Source: Prorocentrum cordatum (taxonomy: Eukaryota). Taken from it: a stretch of DNA of 54,088 bases. Where the stretch lies: assembly GCA_963575745.1 (NCBI GenBank), contig CAUYUJ010000264.1, forward strand, positions 62,001-116,088, written 5' to 3'. The notes beneath the pieces were generated by a model. The model saw nothing but the letters and a program-made list of their open reading frames with translations, searched no databases and was not told where the DNA came from. Position numbers and translations under genes: made by a program. Of the stretch, positions 35,901 through 48,382 are shown piece after piece; position 1 is the first letter of the stretch; each line of letters begins with the position of its first letter.

Positions 35901-38900
35901 CGGGGTTGCCATTCTGGGCCTACGGGGCGGGGCGGCCACTTGAGGCCCGTGCCCCGCCCCGTGCGAAGTCCAGGCGCACATGCTCAGCATGTGCCAAGAT
36001 ATCCAAGACGCCTAAGGTCCCAAGGCGCCTAGCCTTAGAGCTTAGAGTGGGCCTGAGAGCCTGGGAAGGCCTAAGGCTTACTAAGGGCCTGGAGTCTAGA
36101 GTCTAGAGTCTAGAAGGTCGTCTCTGCACGCCCCTCGCGCGGATCGTTTCGGCACGCTCATCGCGCAGATCGCGCCGGCGCATCCCTTTCGCAAGCCCGC
36201 CAATTTTTTGCGTTAACGTCGCAACGCGCAAACGGCATGGGCACGAGGTACCAATTCGTCTTAAGATGGCGACTCTGGCCTCTGGCCCATCCTCATCAGT
36301 GCCCCCCCAAGAGGCCAACATGTGGTTAAAACCTTCGTAATAGCAATGATTGCAGTGGCCTCCGGCCAGTGCCGCCGATCCGGGGCGATGCCGTCTCTGG
36401 ACAAACTGGAAATGTATGTCAAAATTGCCCAGGCGCCGTAAGCGCCGCAAGAAGGCCCCAAGAGAGCCCGGGCCGTCTCCAGACAAATTGGACATGGATG
36501 TCCAAATTGTCCAAGCGCTGTGAGCGCCCCAAGGGCCCAAGAGGGCCCCAAGGGAGGCCGAGGCCCGAGGCCGTCTCCGGACAAACTGGACATCGATGCC
36601 CAAATTGTCCGGGCGCCGTGGGCCTCTGGCACTAACTTGGCAACTATGGCACGGGGCTCTCCGCCCCCTCTGGGGCTTTAAGCTTTAAGGGCTTCCGCCC
36701 CCTCCGCCCCCCGCCGCTGGCCCAGGGTTTCCGCACCCCCCTCCTTTTCGCTGGCCCAAGTAGGGCTTCCGCCCTTTTCCGCCCCCTCGCTGGCCCGCCC
36801 TGGAGGGGCTGGGCTTCCGCCCCTCCGCGCCCCGCCGCTGGCGGTTTCTGTGTTGCCCGCAATGGGGCAGTCGCCAAGTTGGCTTGGGAAGTAAAGTGTA
36901 AAGTGAACCCATACCATACCAGTGGCGCTTTGGATTTCCAACTTAACTTGGGTTTTTTTTTGCACGCCCGCCCGTTGTTGCAGCGAGCAACGCTCCGACG
37001 CGCGCGCTCGCGCTCGCGCGTGGTGGCTTCTGTTTTTCCCGTAATAAGACAGTCGCCAAGTTGGCCAGGGAACGTACCTAAAGTTTAAAGTTACTAAAGT
37101 GAGCATTAACCGATCCATTAATCATTAATCGGTGACTGGTTGGATTTCGAAGTGCGCATGGCTTGTCGCGCATCCATCCAACGCCATCGGACATAGGACC
37201 TAGGACCTAGCTATAGTAAGACCTAGGACCTAGGACTAGGACCAGGAGCAGCGCGCGACGCGCGTACGCGCGCGCACGCGGCTGCGCGTGGTGAGCCTTG
37301 TACCATTGTGTTCTGTATTGTCCGCAATGGGGCAGTTGTCGTGTTGGTGTGGAAACTAAAGTAAACCCAGCCTTTTAGCGGCTATAGACTATAGACTATG
37401 GTTGCCGATTGGATTTCGAAGTGAACATGGGTCCACCTGTTCACCCATAGGACATAGGAGCAGCGTGCGACGCTTTTACGCGCGCGCGGCCGCGCATGAT
37501 GAGTCTTGTCCTACCACTTTGAGAAGGACGCCACGCTGGTTTGGCAGTTTGGCAATCAAAGCGAACCCTTCGCCATTAGCCCTTAGCCTTAGCCTTAGCC
37601 CTTAGCGCCTTAGCGGCGGTAGCGGTGGCCGATTGAATTTCGAAGTTAACGTGGCTTTTCCTACATGTTCATCTATAGGACTATAGTACTATAGTATCGG
37701 ACCTATAGGAGGAGCAGCGTGCGACGCGCGCACGCGCGCCCGCGGCCGCGGGTGGTGAGTATTGTGTTGTCCACAGTGGCAATGGGAAGGTCGCCATGTT
37801 GGCTTGGGAATTAATTTGAATCGTTAGCGGGCGACCGATTCGAACTGGAAGTGAACATAACATAGCGGCATCGCATGTCCTACATGTTCACTCATAGTAC
37901 CAGCGCGCGACGCGCGTACGCGCGCGCGGTGATTCTTGTGTTGTCCACTACGGGAAAGTCGCCATATTGGTTTGGAAACTAAAAGTGACCCCCGCGGTGC
38001 CCGATGATTGAATTTCGAAGTTACCATGGCTTCTCCTACATGTAGCAGCGTGCGACGCGCGCGCGCGGCCGCGCGTGGTGGGTCTTGCATTGTCCATCAT
38101 GGGAAAGTAGCAATGGTGGCTTGGAAATTAAAGTGAACCCTTAGCGGTGGCCGATTGGATTTCGAAGTTAACATAGTTTTGTTTGTTCCTACATGTTTCT
38201 CAATCGGGGCAGCGTGCGACGCGCGTGCGCGCCCGCGCGTGCGGCCGCGCGTGGTGAGTGAGTCTTGGGTTGTCCGCAGTGTGAAAGGCGCCATGTTGGC
38301 TTGGAAACCAACGTGTGCACTAGCACTAGCTGCTAGCTAGCTCTAGCTAGCTGTAGCTGCACTGTAGCTACTAGCCCACCAGCTACTACCTGGCAGCCAG
38401 GGCCTAGCGCCTAGGCCTGGGCACCTGGCGGCTATAGCGGTGACCGATTGCATGTCGAAGTTAGCATGGCTTTTCTTACAGTCTTACACGTTCATCCACC
38501 GGACGCAGGGGCAGCGTGCGACGCGCGTGCACGCGCGCGGCCGCGCACGGTTAACGGTTAAGCAGTGCCCGATTGGATTTCCAAGTTAACATGGCTTTCT
38601 GACATGCTCATCGCCTTGAAGCAGCGCGCGACGCGCGTACGCGCGCGCGCGGCCGCGCGTGGTGGGCCTCGTAGTCCGTAGTAACAGTAGTATTGTTGTC
38701 CACAGTGGGAAAGTCGCCATGTTGGTTTGGGAACTAAAGTGAACCCTTAGCGGCGACCGATTGGATTTCGAAATTAACATGGCTTTGCTACATGGTTGCC
38801 CGTAGGCGCAGCGTGTGACGCGCGTACACGCGCGCGGGCGCGCGTGGTGACTCTTGCATTGTGCACTATGGGAAAGTCGTCATTTTGGCTGGGCAAGTAA

Positions 38901-41900
38901 AGTGAACCCGATTGGATCTCGGAGCGAGCATGGCATAGCATAGCTTTTCCTGCATGCTCATGCATAGGCATAGGGCATAGGAGCAGCGTGCGACGCGCGT
39001 GCGCGCGCGCAGCCGCGCGTGGTGGGTACTATATATTGTCCACAATGGACTATGGGAAAGTCCCCAGGTTGGCTTGGGAACTGAGGTCAAACCTTAGCGC
39101 TGACCGATTGGATTTCGAAGTCAACATGGGTGTTCATACATTCTCACCACACTCAATTCAATACGAGCAGCGTGCGACGCGCGTGCGCGCGCGGCCGCGC
39201 GCAATGAGTCTTGAGTTGCCCGCAGTGGGAAAGTCGCCATGTTGGCTTGGAAACTAAAGTGAACCCTTAGCGGAGCCTTAGCGCCTTAGCGGCCTTAGCG
39301 GCGGCCGATTGGATTTCGAAGTTAACATGTCTTCTCTCCCATAGTGGAGCCGTTTTTGAACCCTTAGTGGAGCCTTAGCGCGGCGTGCGACGCGCGTGCG
39401 CCGCGCGCGCGCTCGCGACCGCGCGCGGTGAGTCTTGCAGTGTCCACAATAGGAAAGGCGCGCGCCATGTTGGCTTGGAAGCCAAAGCCGGCCCGCAGCG
39501 GCTAAGCGCCTTACCTTGCCTTAGCTTAAGCCTAGGCTTAGCGGCTTAGCGGCTAGCGGCTTAGCGCTGTAGCGGTTGCATCTCGAAGTTAATCTGGCTT
39601 TTCGTACATGTGCATCAATCAGAGCAGCGTGCGACGCGCGTGCTCGCGCGCGGCCGCGCGTGGTGGGTCTTGCGTTGTCCACGATGGGAAAGTCGCCATG
39701 TTGGCTTGGGAACTAAAGTGGACCCTTAGCGGCGACCGATTCGATTTCGAATTTAACATGGCTTTTCCTACATGTTCAGCCATAAGAGCAGCGTGCGACG
39801 CGCGTGCGCGCGGGGCTGCGTGTGGTGGGTCGTGTCAGTAGCCATGTTGGCCTGGAAAGTGAGGCGGAACCTTAGCGGCGGCGACCGATTGGATTTCGAA
39901 GTTCAACGCGGATTTCCCATAGGTTCATCCATAGGAGCAGCGTGCGACGCGCGTACGCGCGCGCGCGCGCGCGCGGCCGTGCGTGGTGGGTCTTGTATTG
40001 CATTTATTGAGAAAGTCGCCATGTTGGCTTGGGACCTCTATAGTCTATAGGTGGGCCCTTAGCCACATTAGCCTTAGGCTCCTGGTCCTAAGCCTAAGCC
40101 TTAGCCGCCATAGCGGTGGCCGATTGGACTTCGAAATTGGCATGGCGTTCGCTACTCGATCAAGCGGAGCAGCGTGTTTTGCCCACAGTGGGAACATGGC
40201 CCTTTTAGCGTGGGAACTAACCCGAACCTTAGCCGCTATTAGCCGCTTAGCCTTTGCGGTGACCGATTGGGTGTCGAAGTTCGCATGGATTTCCTACGTG
40301 GTCATCAACGGGAGCAGCGTGCGACGCGCGTATGTATGATGTATGCGCGCGCGTGGTGGGCCATTGTATGTTGGCTGGGAAAATCGGTATGTGGGCTTTG
40401 ACACTAACACTAACGGTAACGTGAACCCTTCGCGGTTACCGATTGGACTTCGAAATTAGCACGGTTTGTCCTACATTGACTAGGAGCAGAGTGCGACGCG
40501 CGTACGCGCGCGCGGTATGTCTGGCATTGTTTACAATGGGAACGGCGCGCGCCATGTTGGCTTGAAAACCAAAGTGGGCCCTAAGCCTAGGCCTTAACGC
40601 TTAGCGGCTTAGCGGTGACCGATTGGATTTCGAAGTTAAGATGGCTTTTCGTACATGTTCATCAACAGGAGCAGCGTGCGACGCGCGTGCGCGCGGCCGC
40701 GTGTGGTGACTCTTGTACTGTGTATTGTGTATTGTTGTCCACAATGGGAAAGTCGTTCATTTGGCTGGGCAACTGGCGGTTGTGCTGGTGGTTGTGCTGG
40801 TGGTGATTGTGGATTGTGCTGGTGGTTGAGCTGGTGGTTGAGCTGGCGGCGCTGGTGGTGGTTGTGCAAGTGGTTGTGCTGGTGGTTGTGCTGGTGGTGG
40901 TTGTGCTGGTGGTTGCGCTGCTGCTACTGTAGCTTAGCAGTAGTAGTCACTGCTGTTATCACTATACTAATACAGTATAGTATAAGTATAGTGGTTGTGC
41001 TGGTGGTTGTGCTGGCGGCGATGGTGGTGGTTGTGCTGCTGGTGGTTGTGCTGGCGGTTGTGCTGGTGAGCTGGTGGTGACTGGTGGTGGTTGTTCTGGT
41101 GATTGGTGGTTGTGCTGGCGCCGCTGGTGGTGGTTGTGCTGCTTGTCGTTGCGCTGGTGTCTTGAAGCTGTCTTGAGGATCGTTCGGAGGCAACCTGTGA
41201 TTATTGAGGTTATCTGGGCGCTCTGGTGGAGCTTTTTTGAAAGCCTTGGTGGGGCTCTCTTGTTTGTTTCAGTGTAATCTTACTGGCCGCCACCTCCAAT
41301 CCCCATCGCGTCGCATTCTGTTTGCTGCTTGAACGCGCTGGCTGGGGCAGCGGCTGGGGGGCGGGAAGCGCGCGTGAACGCCTCTGAAGTAACGGCCGCG
41401 ACCCAGACATTCCACATCGTCCGCGCATGGGCCCGTTTTGATTATGATTAGTAGACTCGAACTTGGCCATGCTTTTAGAACCTGGGCCGGCATTGAAACG
41501 GAAAGAGCGTTTCAGCAATTTGACCGACATTGCTCACACCACCGTTCGCATTGGGAGCCTTGGCGTTGAGAGCTTGTCACGTACGTCACGTTGCCCCGTT
41601 TTCTTGGGAGCCGTCGTGTTCAGAGATTGTTGCGTTGCCGCCCGTTCCTGAGCCTTGGCTGGGCCTTGGTGTCAGGAACTTGTCGCGTCATCGTTCCCTG
41701 CTGGGAGCCTTGGTCACCTGACCTTGGTCTGTCTTATAATTCTTATAAGTTTTATTAGTTTATCAGCTTGTTTACGTCACCGTGCGCTCTTGGGAGCCTT
41801 GGTGACCCCTTGGTGTGAAGAGCACTTTGATTTTGCGTTGCCGATCGCTCTTTCTCTGAGCCTTCTTGGGGTTCAATTGCGGCCCTTTTTTTAGCCCCCT

Positions 41901-44900
41901 TTTGAGGCTCTTGGGGGCCGGGGCTTCTACGGGGTCTGTGGGGGCCTCCCAGGAGCGTTTTGGGGCGAAAGGCTCTTTCGGGTTCGTGGCCCCCCTTCTG
42001 GGGCGGGGCCCTCTTGGGCGGTCTTGGGCGCCTCTGGGGCCGTCTTGTCTTGGCGCCCTCTTGGGCCCTTTTGGGGCTCTCGCGGGGCCCCATGGCCCCG
42101 GCCAGTCTTGGGGTCTTGGGTCTTGGGGCCCTCTCGGGACCTCTTGTGACTCTTGTGGGCTCTTGGGCCATTGGGCCATTGGGGACTCTTGGGCCTCTCG
42201 GGGCATCTCCTGGGCAGCCGCGGCAATGTTTTTGTGGGGCCCTCTCAAAAAAACAGTTGCTGGGCAGCATTCGCGAGCTCTCTTGGGGCTCTTTTTGGCT
42301 TTTGGGCCGTCTCGGGCGCCTCGACTCTTGGGCCGTCTGGGGCCCCCCTTTGGGCAGGGCCTCTCGGGGGCCTCTTGGGCCGTCTTTTGGGGCGGTCTTG
42401 GGGGCCTCTTGACTCTTGGGCCGTCGTCTACGCTAAAATCTACGTTTTCCTCGTGGGGAATCAAAGATTTTGGCATCTTGGGGCCCTCTTGGGACGCCCC
42501 TTGGGCGCCTCTTGGGACTCTTGGGCTCTTGGGGGCTTCTTTTTTGGGCCTCTCGGGGGCCTCTTGGGCAGTCTTGGGCGGCCTTGGGCTGTGTTGGAAC
42601 GCTCTTGGGCTGTTTTGAAAGAGAACTTCGGCCGTCTGGAGAGAAAATCAGAAAACAAAAACATACAACAACCCTAGGGCCTAAGGGCCTAGGGCCTAGG
42701 GTAGGTAGGGCCTAGGGCCCAGGGCCCAGGGCCTAGGGCCTAGGGCCTAGGGCCTAGGACCTACCCCCGATTAGCATCAATTCCCGCGCGCCCCCCCCCC
42801 CTCCCCTGGGGCCCCTCCCTGTAAGGCTTCGCCCCGCCTGAACGTCATCGCTCCACCTCGCTCTTTCCGTTGTCCTATGTATTCGGGCGCGCGCGCGATA
42901 TGCCAATTATGCAATTTGTCCTACTCTACGTTACATATTCATATTACATAATTGTAGCTATTACACATCAGTTCCGTGTATTAACCATACAACCATACCA
43001 CGTCACTAACCACTCTAACCCAACCAAACACCAAACCGCTAACTAACTAAACTAATCCCACGCATTGAACATTACATTAATTTGGTCCCTGAAGCTTCGG
43101 CCGGGGAAAGGGGCGGGGTTCTGTCGGGGAGGGCATTGATGGCATTGCAGCTTCCGGATTGCACCGCCAGGCTGTGGTCACCACATGGCCGACAGCGGCC
43201 AAGCTGACCAGTTCCGATTGCATGGCGACGTTGACAGCGGTCAACCAGGAGGCTGCCCTAGACATCGGTTCAATCGAGTGCCGCAACGCTCAGATCAGGC
43301 GCCTTTGCCGGAAGGCCCAGACGAACGCCATTCCGTTCAGCAGGGCTTCAGCAGATTTCTTGATCCTCAGGCTTCCCATGCCAAATATTAAGTTAAGACT
43401 TGATGCCCCCCCCCCCTTCCTGCGCGCCCGAGGGCAGAAGGGCCCCAGCCCCCGGGGGGGGCTCCTTTCAAAGTCGAGGCACCCATGAAGTTGAGTGCAT
43501 GGGCTGGAGAGTCAGAGTGGCGCCCTGGCGAGTTCCGAACGAGCATTCTGAGTCGTTTCAACGATCCTCCGATCCCTTCCTTCAAGTCACCCAGTGAACC
43601 AGCAAAATGCCGCACTGGAATTCGCCAGGCAGGCCCAGGGACCATTGCAACACATATATTATGACATATATATGGTTTCGCCTCCCATGGACCGTCAGAG
43701 TCTGTCTGTCAGTCGTGCTTCGGGGGGGAGGTCTAGGAGAGTCTAGAGAGTCTAGGAGTTTGGGCGTCAGAGGACAGCTGTCCTGCGAAGTTTTTTGCTA
43801 GGGCCAGCTGCTAGGGGCGTGGGGATTTTGGCGCCGAGATTTGCGCGTCGTCGCATGGGGCCAACGCCCGCCCCCCCCCTCCCGCCGCCCCCCCCCCCCG
43901 GCGTCGCGGTGATTTGGCGCCCAGTCAGGGGGGTGGGGCGGGGGTCGAAGCCGAGGGCGCACCTTCTGAAATCTGAGCCAGAGGTTGCGCCGCGAGTTGC
44001 AGCTCTCGCGGTCGACGTGCGCCCGCCCGGAGGGCAGCTCGAGGGGCCAGAGACGGAGGCGGAGGCTCCAGAGGGGCGTGCCTGCAGACCCAGCGAAGGC
44101 AGCTCGCCTCGCGCGCAGGCAGGGCCGCCCAGGAGCGATGAGGAAGTCCAAGCGGCCCCGGAGAGGTCCCAGGGCGGCCTTTCCCCAAATGTCCACAGAC
44201 CCCCCCTCCTCGCCCTAACCTTAATTATTGTTACTAGTTGTTACTTGCTAAGTGCGTAAGTCCTAGGTCCTAGGTCCTACCCAAATCCTAAGTCCCACGC
44301 CGTATCAGCAAGCATAAGTAACAGTGCCGCTGCCAGGGCTCAGTTCGCATTGATTCGCCCATTCATTCCAAGGGGGTGAGTTGCATTGCGTTGCGTTGCG
44401 CAGAAATTGCAAGTTGTGGGTTTGATTGGTTCGCTGGCGCTCTAAATTTAAATGCTCGTTCGATCTAAATCTAGCGAGGTAACGAGTGCGACAGCCCCAT
44501 GGTAGCGCCAAGATTTCAGGTCATCCAGGATCAGCTCCGAGGCAGGAGGAGGAGGAGGAGGAGGAGGAGGAGGAGGAGGAGGTTGAGGAGGAGGAGGCAG
44601 AGGAGGAGGAGGATGTGGAGGGGGGGGGGGGGGGTAGGAGAGCACGAGGAGGAGGAGGAGGAGGAGGAGGAAGGAGGAGGAGGAGCGAAGGAAGGGGGAG
44701 GAAGGGGGAGGAGAAGGGGGAGGAGGAGGAGGAGGAGGAGGAGGAGGAGGAGAGGAGAGGAGGAGGGAGGAGGAGGAGGAGGGGTTTAGGAGGAGGAGGA
44801 GGAGGAGGAGGAGGAGGAGGGGGAGGAGGAGGAGGAGGAGGAGGAACCCAGCAGAGAAGGGTTACGAAATTGGCCAGGGTGGCTCAGAGCAGGAGGAGGA

Positions 44901-47299
44901 AAAGGAGGAGGAGGAGGAGGAGGAGGGGGGGGAGGAGGTGGAGGAGGCCTCGAGGAACCTAGTCTTAGAGTCTTAGAGTCTTAGAGTCACAACTGATTTC
45001 GCATGCAGGCCCTGCGGCGTAAAGGCGAACGGCTAACGTAACGGGCCGAACGGTTGGTAAATCGAGTTCTAGATTCTAGTTTCCAACAGTGGCCCCGCGG
45101 CAGAAAGATTGGTACATCGTGCGAATATAGCAGATAGCATATACTATGGCATCAGATAAATAGCGGCAGCTTGATTTTCTTTATGCCTTATGTCCCTAGG
45201 CCCTATGGCAGGCCCTATGGCCCTAGGCCCTATGTCCCTGTGTCCTATGCCTATGCTATGCCATGCCATGCCGCCCTCCTCCTCCTACTCTTCCCCCACC
45301 GGACCTATCCTGCCGGGGCCCTGCCCTCAACGCGACCCCCCCTGGGGGGGGGGAACCGCCCTTAGCGTTCCAGCATCTCGAGGGCCAGGATCATTGTACA
45401 AGCGCTGTTTGGGCGCAGCCGTGTTCCCGTGCATTTGCAGTGTTCCCGAGGTTATGGCGGCCTCGAGCGCGCTTGCATACGAGATTACCTTCGCGGCAGG
45501 ACATGGACCAAACATGAGAGGAAAGCCGTATTCCGAGCAGCTCATGCCCACAGGCGCGACGTGATTGCACGCCGGGGGCATGATTTTTACCGACTCGAGT
45601 GGCAGGGGCGGATGGGCCAGGTATCTTCATCCGTGGGCGCCCCTGCGTTCGGCATATTTGCAGCGCCTCGTTCAGCTCTTCCAGATATCACAGATGACTC
45701 TCACGCGTTGGCCATCCAGGCAGGCTTGGGGGGGTTGGAGGTCGCGACCCGAAGCGCGCGGACACGATCGAGACATGCAGTGCAGACAGCCCGCGAGGAG
45801 AGGCTGGCCAATGCCCAGCAGTACGCGCAGTGGTCATCATCTCAGAGCTACAAAGTTCCTGCAGACATTCCCGCGCGCAATGCTGATCACGGCGCACGGG
45901 TATCTTTTATCGACCAGACATTGCCATATGTTGTCTTGGAGTGGCTTCCCCCTCTTGATCGGATGGCGTGCAGGGCTCTTTCTCATTCCAACTCTGCGTT
46001 GCAAGTGCTCGTCGATGCTTGGGAGCAGCGGCATCTTCCGCTACTGGCAGCTGACCAGCCCAAGCGAACGTATTCGAGGGGCGTTCGCCTTTGTTTCATC
46101 GCTGGCTTCTGCTTGTGCGGCCCCATGGGGCAGTCCCGCATCGCCATGGCCAGCGCATTCAGCCAGCTCACTAGGCGGGTCCTTGCCAAGGATTCAGAGC
46201 TCCGGCGCTTGTATGACTTGGGAGCGCTGGTTGTGAAGTTTTTCTCGCCAGAGGTGGATACGATTGCGTGGTGGCACATTAGCTACATAAATTTTAATAC
46301 GATGCACATGGATATGGCCCCTTTATGTCAGTCCAAGGATGATGGGGCTGTGGAGTATGCAGCAGAATTCGGCAGAGTTTCATTAGATTTTGATGGTTGC
46401 GAGTCTGACCACTTGGGAATATCTAATGCGTGGAGAGTTTGTGCCATTCTTAATGCTGAGGTTGCTTGGTCTTGTTATTTTTTTTTCGAATATTCGCTGG
46501 GGATTCCGAGAGACTCAATTTCGTCCCAGGCTTCGGGCTGGAGGTCTATGCAGTCGGTGTAACAGGAGACGACGACGAGTTCAATTTCTGGAGTGGCCCC
46601 AAGAGGCGCCTTCGCCAAGCGAGAGCCAAGGGGGGTTCTTCGAAAGGAGAAGCCAAGCCAGTCCTCGCGCCCATCGTTGATGTGGACCTCGGCGGTGATG
46701 GCGGCGATGGCGGAGACCATGCAGGAGACGTCGTGCTGGCTGGCCCTGACGCAGACCTCGCAGCAGTCCAAGATAATGACCCATGGGACGATGATCTTTT
46801 CGGCGTCGATGGGGATGCCAGTGGCTGCGAAGGCGGCGACGAGGGCGGCGGCCCCGGGGGCGGCGACGGCGGCGGACATGGAGATCCAGGTGGCGACATG
46901 CCGCCCCCGCTGCCGCCGCCGCACCCAGCCGCTCCAGCGGCGCCAGCAGCTGGCAGAGGCCGCGGCGGTGGAGCCCGAGGCCGCGGAGTTCTTCGGAGTT
47001 TCAACTGGCGCGGTTGGGATGTTGCCGGCGTCTTTTCCCGGGGGGTCCAGATCGGTTGGGGCGCAGTGTGCGGTTGCCACAGGAACACATACGACACGCT
47101 CGAGTGCAAGAAGCAGGTGACGTTTGGCAAGCCCCCAAACGAGTTGCCATCCGATTATTGTTTACGGTTGGTCAAACAGTGGCTCATCAGGGGCCGCGAC
47201 ATACCGCCAGACGACCCAGAGGGCAGATTGCGCCACGTGATGTACGAGAGGCCTCGCACATACGTGGACATGACCGACGCGGAGTTGGACGCAGCGTGA
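29952..47299 (+). CDS. Spliced hAT-like (CxxH-type) DDE transposase, ~1500 aa. Exons ~29952-30880, ~31770-33109, 43171-43370, 43984-44165, 45451-47299
   Basis: Motifs: YDETP (30669), TCDRGAANLKAE (31920), CDLH (32003), PRTRWL (32405), YPFRLF (33011), DIGSIECRNA (43261). Introns 33110-43170 (GC-AG), 43371-43983 (GC-AG) and 44166-45450 (GT-AG) all rejoin in frame. One frameshift lies in the T-run near 46480. Intron 1 sites were not resolved. Confidence 0.7.
33713..34420 (+). repeat. Interspaced array of quasi-palindrome GACAAA(C/T)TGGACATGGATGTCCAAATTGTCC, ~7-8 copies
   Basis: Copies near 33779, 33858, 33975, 34079, 34186, 34267 and 34369, separated by GGCCCCAAGAG-rich linkers. Confidence 0.9.
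34440..35245. repeat. CTCTTGG-rich dispersed repeat (related blocks at ~960-1600, 2300-2640, 30950-31650, 41860-42620)
   Basis: Recurrent TCTTGG(G/A)GC units. The hairpin CCTCCCCGAAGGGGA with flanks near 35080 is shared with ~29440. Confidence 0.7.
35610..36016. mobile_element. MITE-like segment with ~23 bp inverted ends
   Basis: CTTGGGCGTTTTGGATATCTTGG (35610) versus CCAAGATATCCAAGACGCCTAAG (35994-36016); 2 mismatches. Confidence 0.45.
36390..36625 (+). repeat. Second cluster (3 copies) of the GACAAA.TGGACAT..TGTCCAAATTGTCC repeat
   Basis: Copies near 36399, 36481 and 36579, in the same orientation as the 33.7-34.4 kb cluster. Confidence 0.85.
36850..40775 (+). repeat. Tandem satellite, ~160 bp unit, ~20 diverged copies
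   Basis: Unit: AGCAGCGTGCGACGCGCG..GGTG..TTGTCCACAATGGGAAAGTCGCCATGTTGGCTTGGGAACTAAAGTGAACCCTTAGCGG..CCGATTGGATTTCGAAGTTAACATGGC. Example period 39624 to 39788 = 164 bp. Confidence 0.93.
40780..41160. repeat. (GGTGGTTGTGCT)n degenerate repeat
   Basis: Direct reading. Confidence 0.85.
44540..44950. repeat. (GGA)n low-complexity tract (intronic)
   Basis: Direct reading. Confidence 0.9.
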
Positions 47300-47436
47300 C
47301 CGTCGTCCAGGCGCGGAGCAGAGCGTCCTTGCGGATGTCTTTGCAAGCTTGGCCAAGAGAAAAACATTCAATCAACGCAGTTTTTTTCGGGAGTGCTGTG
47401 CAGGCCTCCCCGCTGGCCATCTCATCTGCTCTGCGA

Positions 47437-47895
47437 GGGCATGTCTTGGGGAAGTGGGGCATGTCTTGGGTCTTGGGTCTTGGGAAAGTGGGGCATGTCT
47501 TGGGAAAGTAGGTCCTAAGTAGGTAGTGGGGCATGTCTTGGGCCGTTTCTAAGTAGGTCGTGGGGCATGTCTTGGCCTTGGGTCTTGGGAAAGTGGGGCA
47601 TGTCTTGGAAAAGTAGGTCCTAAGTAAGTAATGGGGCATGTCTTGGGAAAGTAGGTCCTAAGTAGGTAGTCGGGCATGTCTTGGCTTCGGGTCTTGGGAA
47701 AGTAGGTCCTAAGTAGGTAGTGGGGCATGTCTTGGGAAAGTAGGTCCTAAGTAGGTACTGGGGCATGTCTTGGGAAAGTAGGTCCTAAGTTAAGTAGGCC
47801 AGTGGGGCATGTTTTGGGAAAGTAGGTCCTAAGTAGGTAGTGGGACATGCCTTGGGGAAGTAGGTCCTAAGTAGGTAGTGAGGCATGTCTTAGTC
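47437..47895 (+). repeat. ~38 bp tandem repeat GGGGCATGTCTTGGGAAAGTAGGTCCTAAGTAGGTAGT between the transposase and MTase genes
   Basis: About 10 copies read directly. Confidence 0.9.
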
Positions 47896-48382
47896 TTAGG
47901 TCCTAAGGTCTTAGGAAAGTAGGCTAGCGGCTAGGACCGGCGGCTAGGACCAGGACGCGCAGACATTGTATGAACGCAGGCTATCCTCATCCAGCTGGTC
48001 CAGGTATGGTGGGGGCGAATGGCTATTATTCAAGCCCCAATCTGAGTGGGCCCCTGTGGCCCTGCCCGCTGATGCAAGACAGGTCAGACGGGGCACCCTT
48101 GAGCCTCAACCATAATTATTGGGTTTGTTCGCGTTCGAGATGGCCAGGTCTCGCATCTCCCCGCAGGCGTCGCTTTGAAGGTCGCATTGCGTTGCGTTGC
48201 ATTATCTTCCTTGATCAGCTCTTCCATTATCAGATTTGCGATATGCCTCTTTGGTCGACGCAGTCTTGTGGACGCAGTTTTGTGGTTCAGGCGTTCAGGT
48301 CCGTCTTCCGATGTGCGCATGCCCTAGTTGGTTCTTCATATTCTATGTCTTAGTATTGTGCGGACACGCTCCCTCTGCTGCG

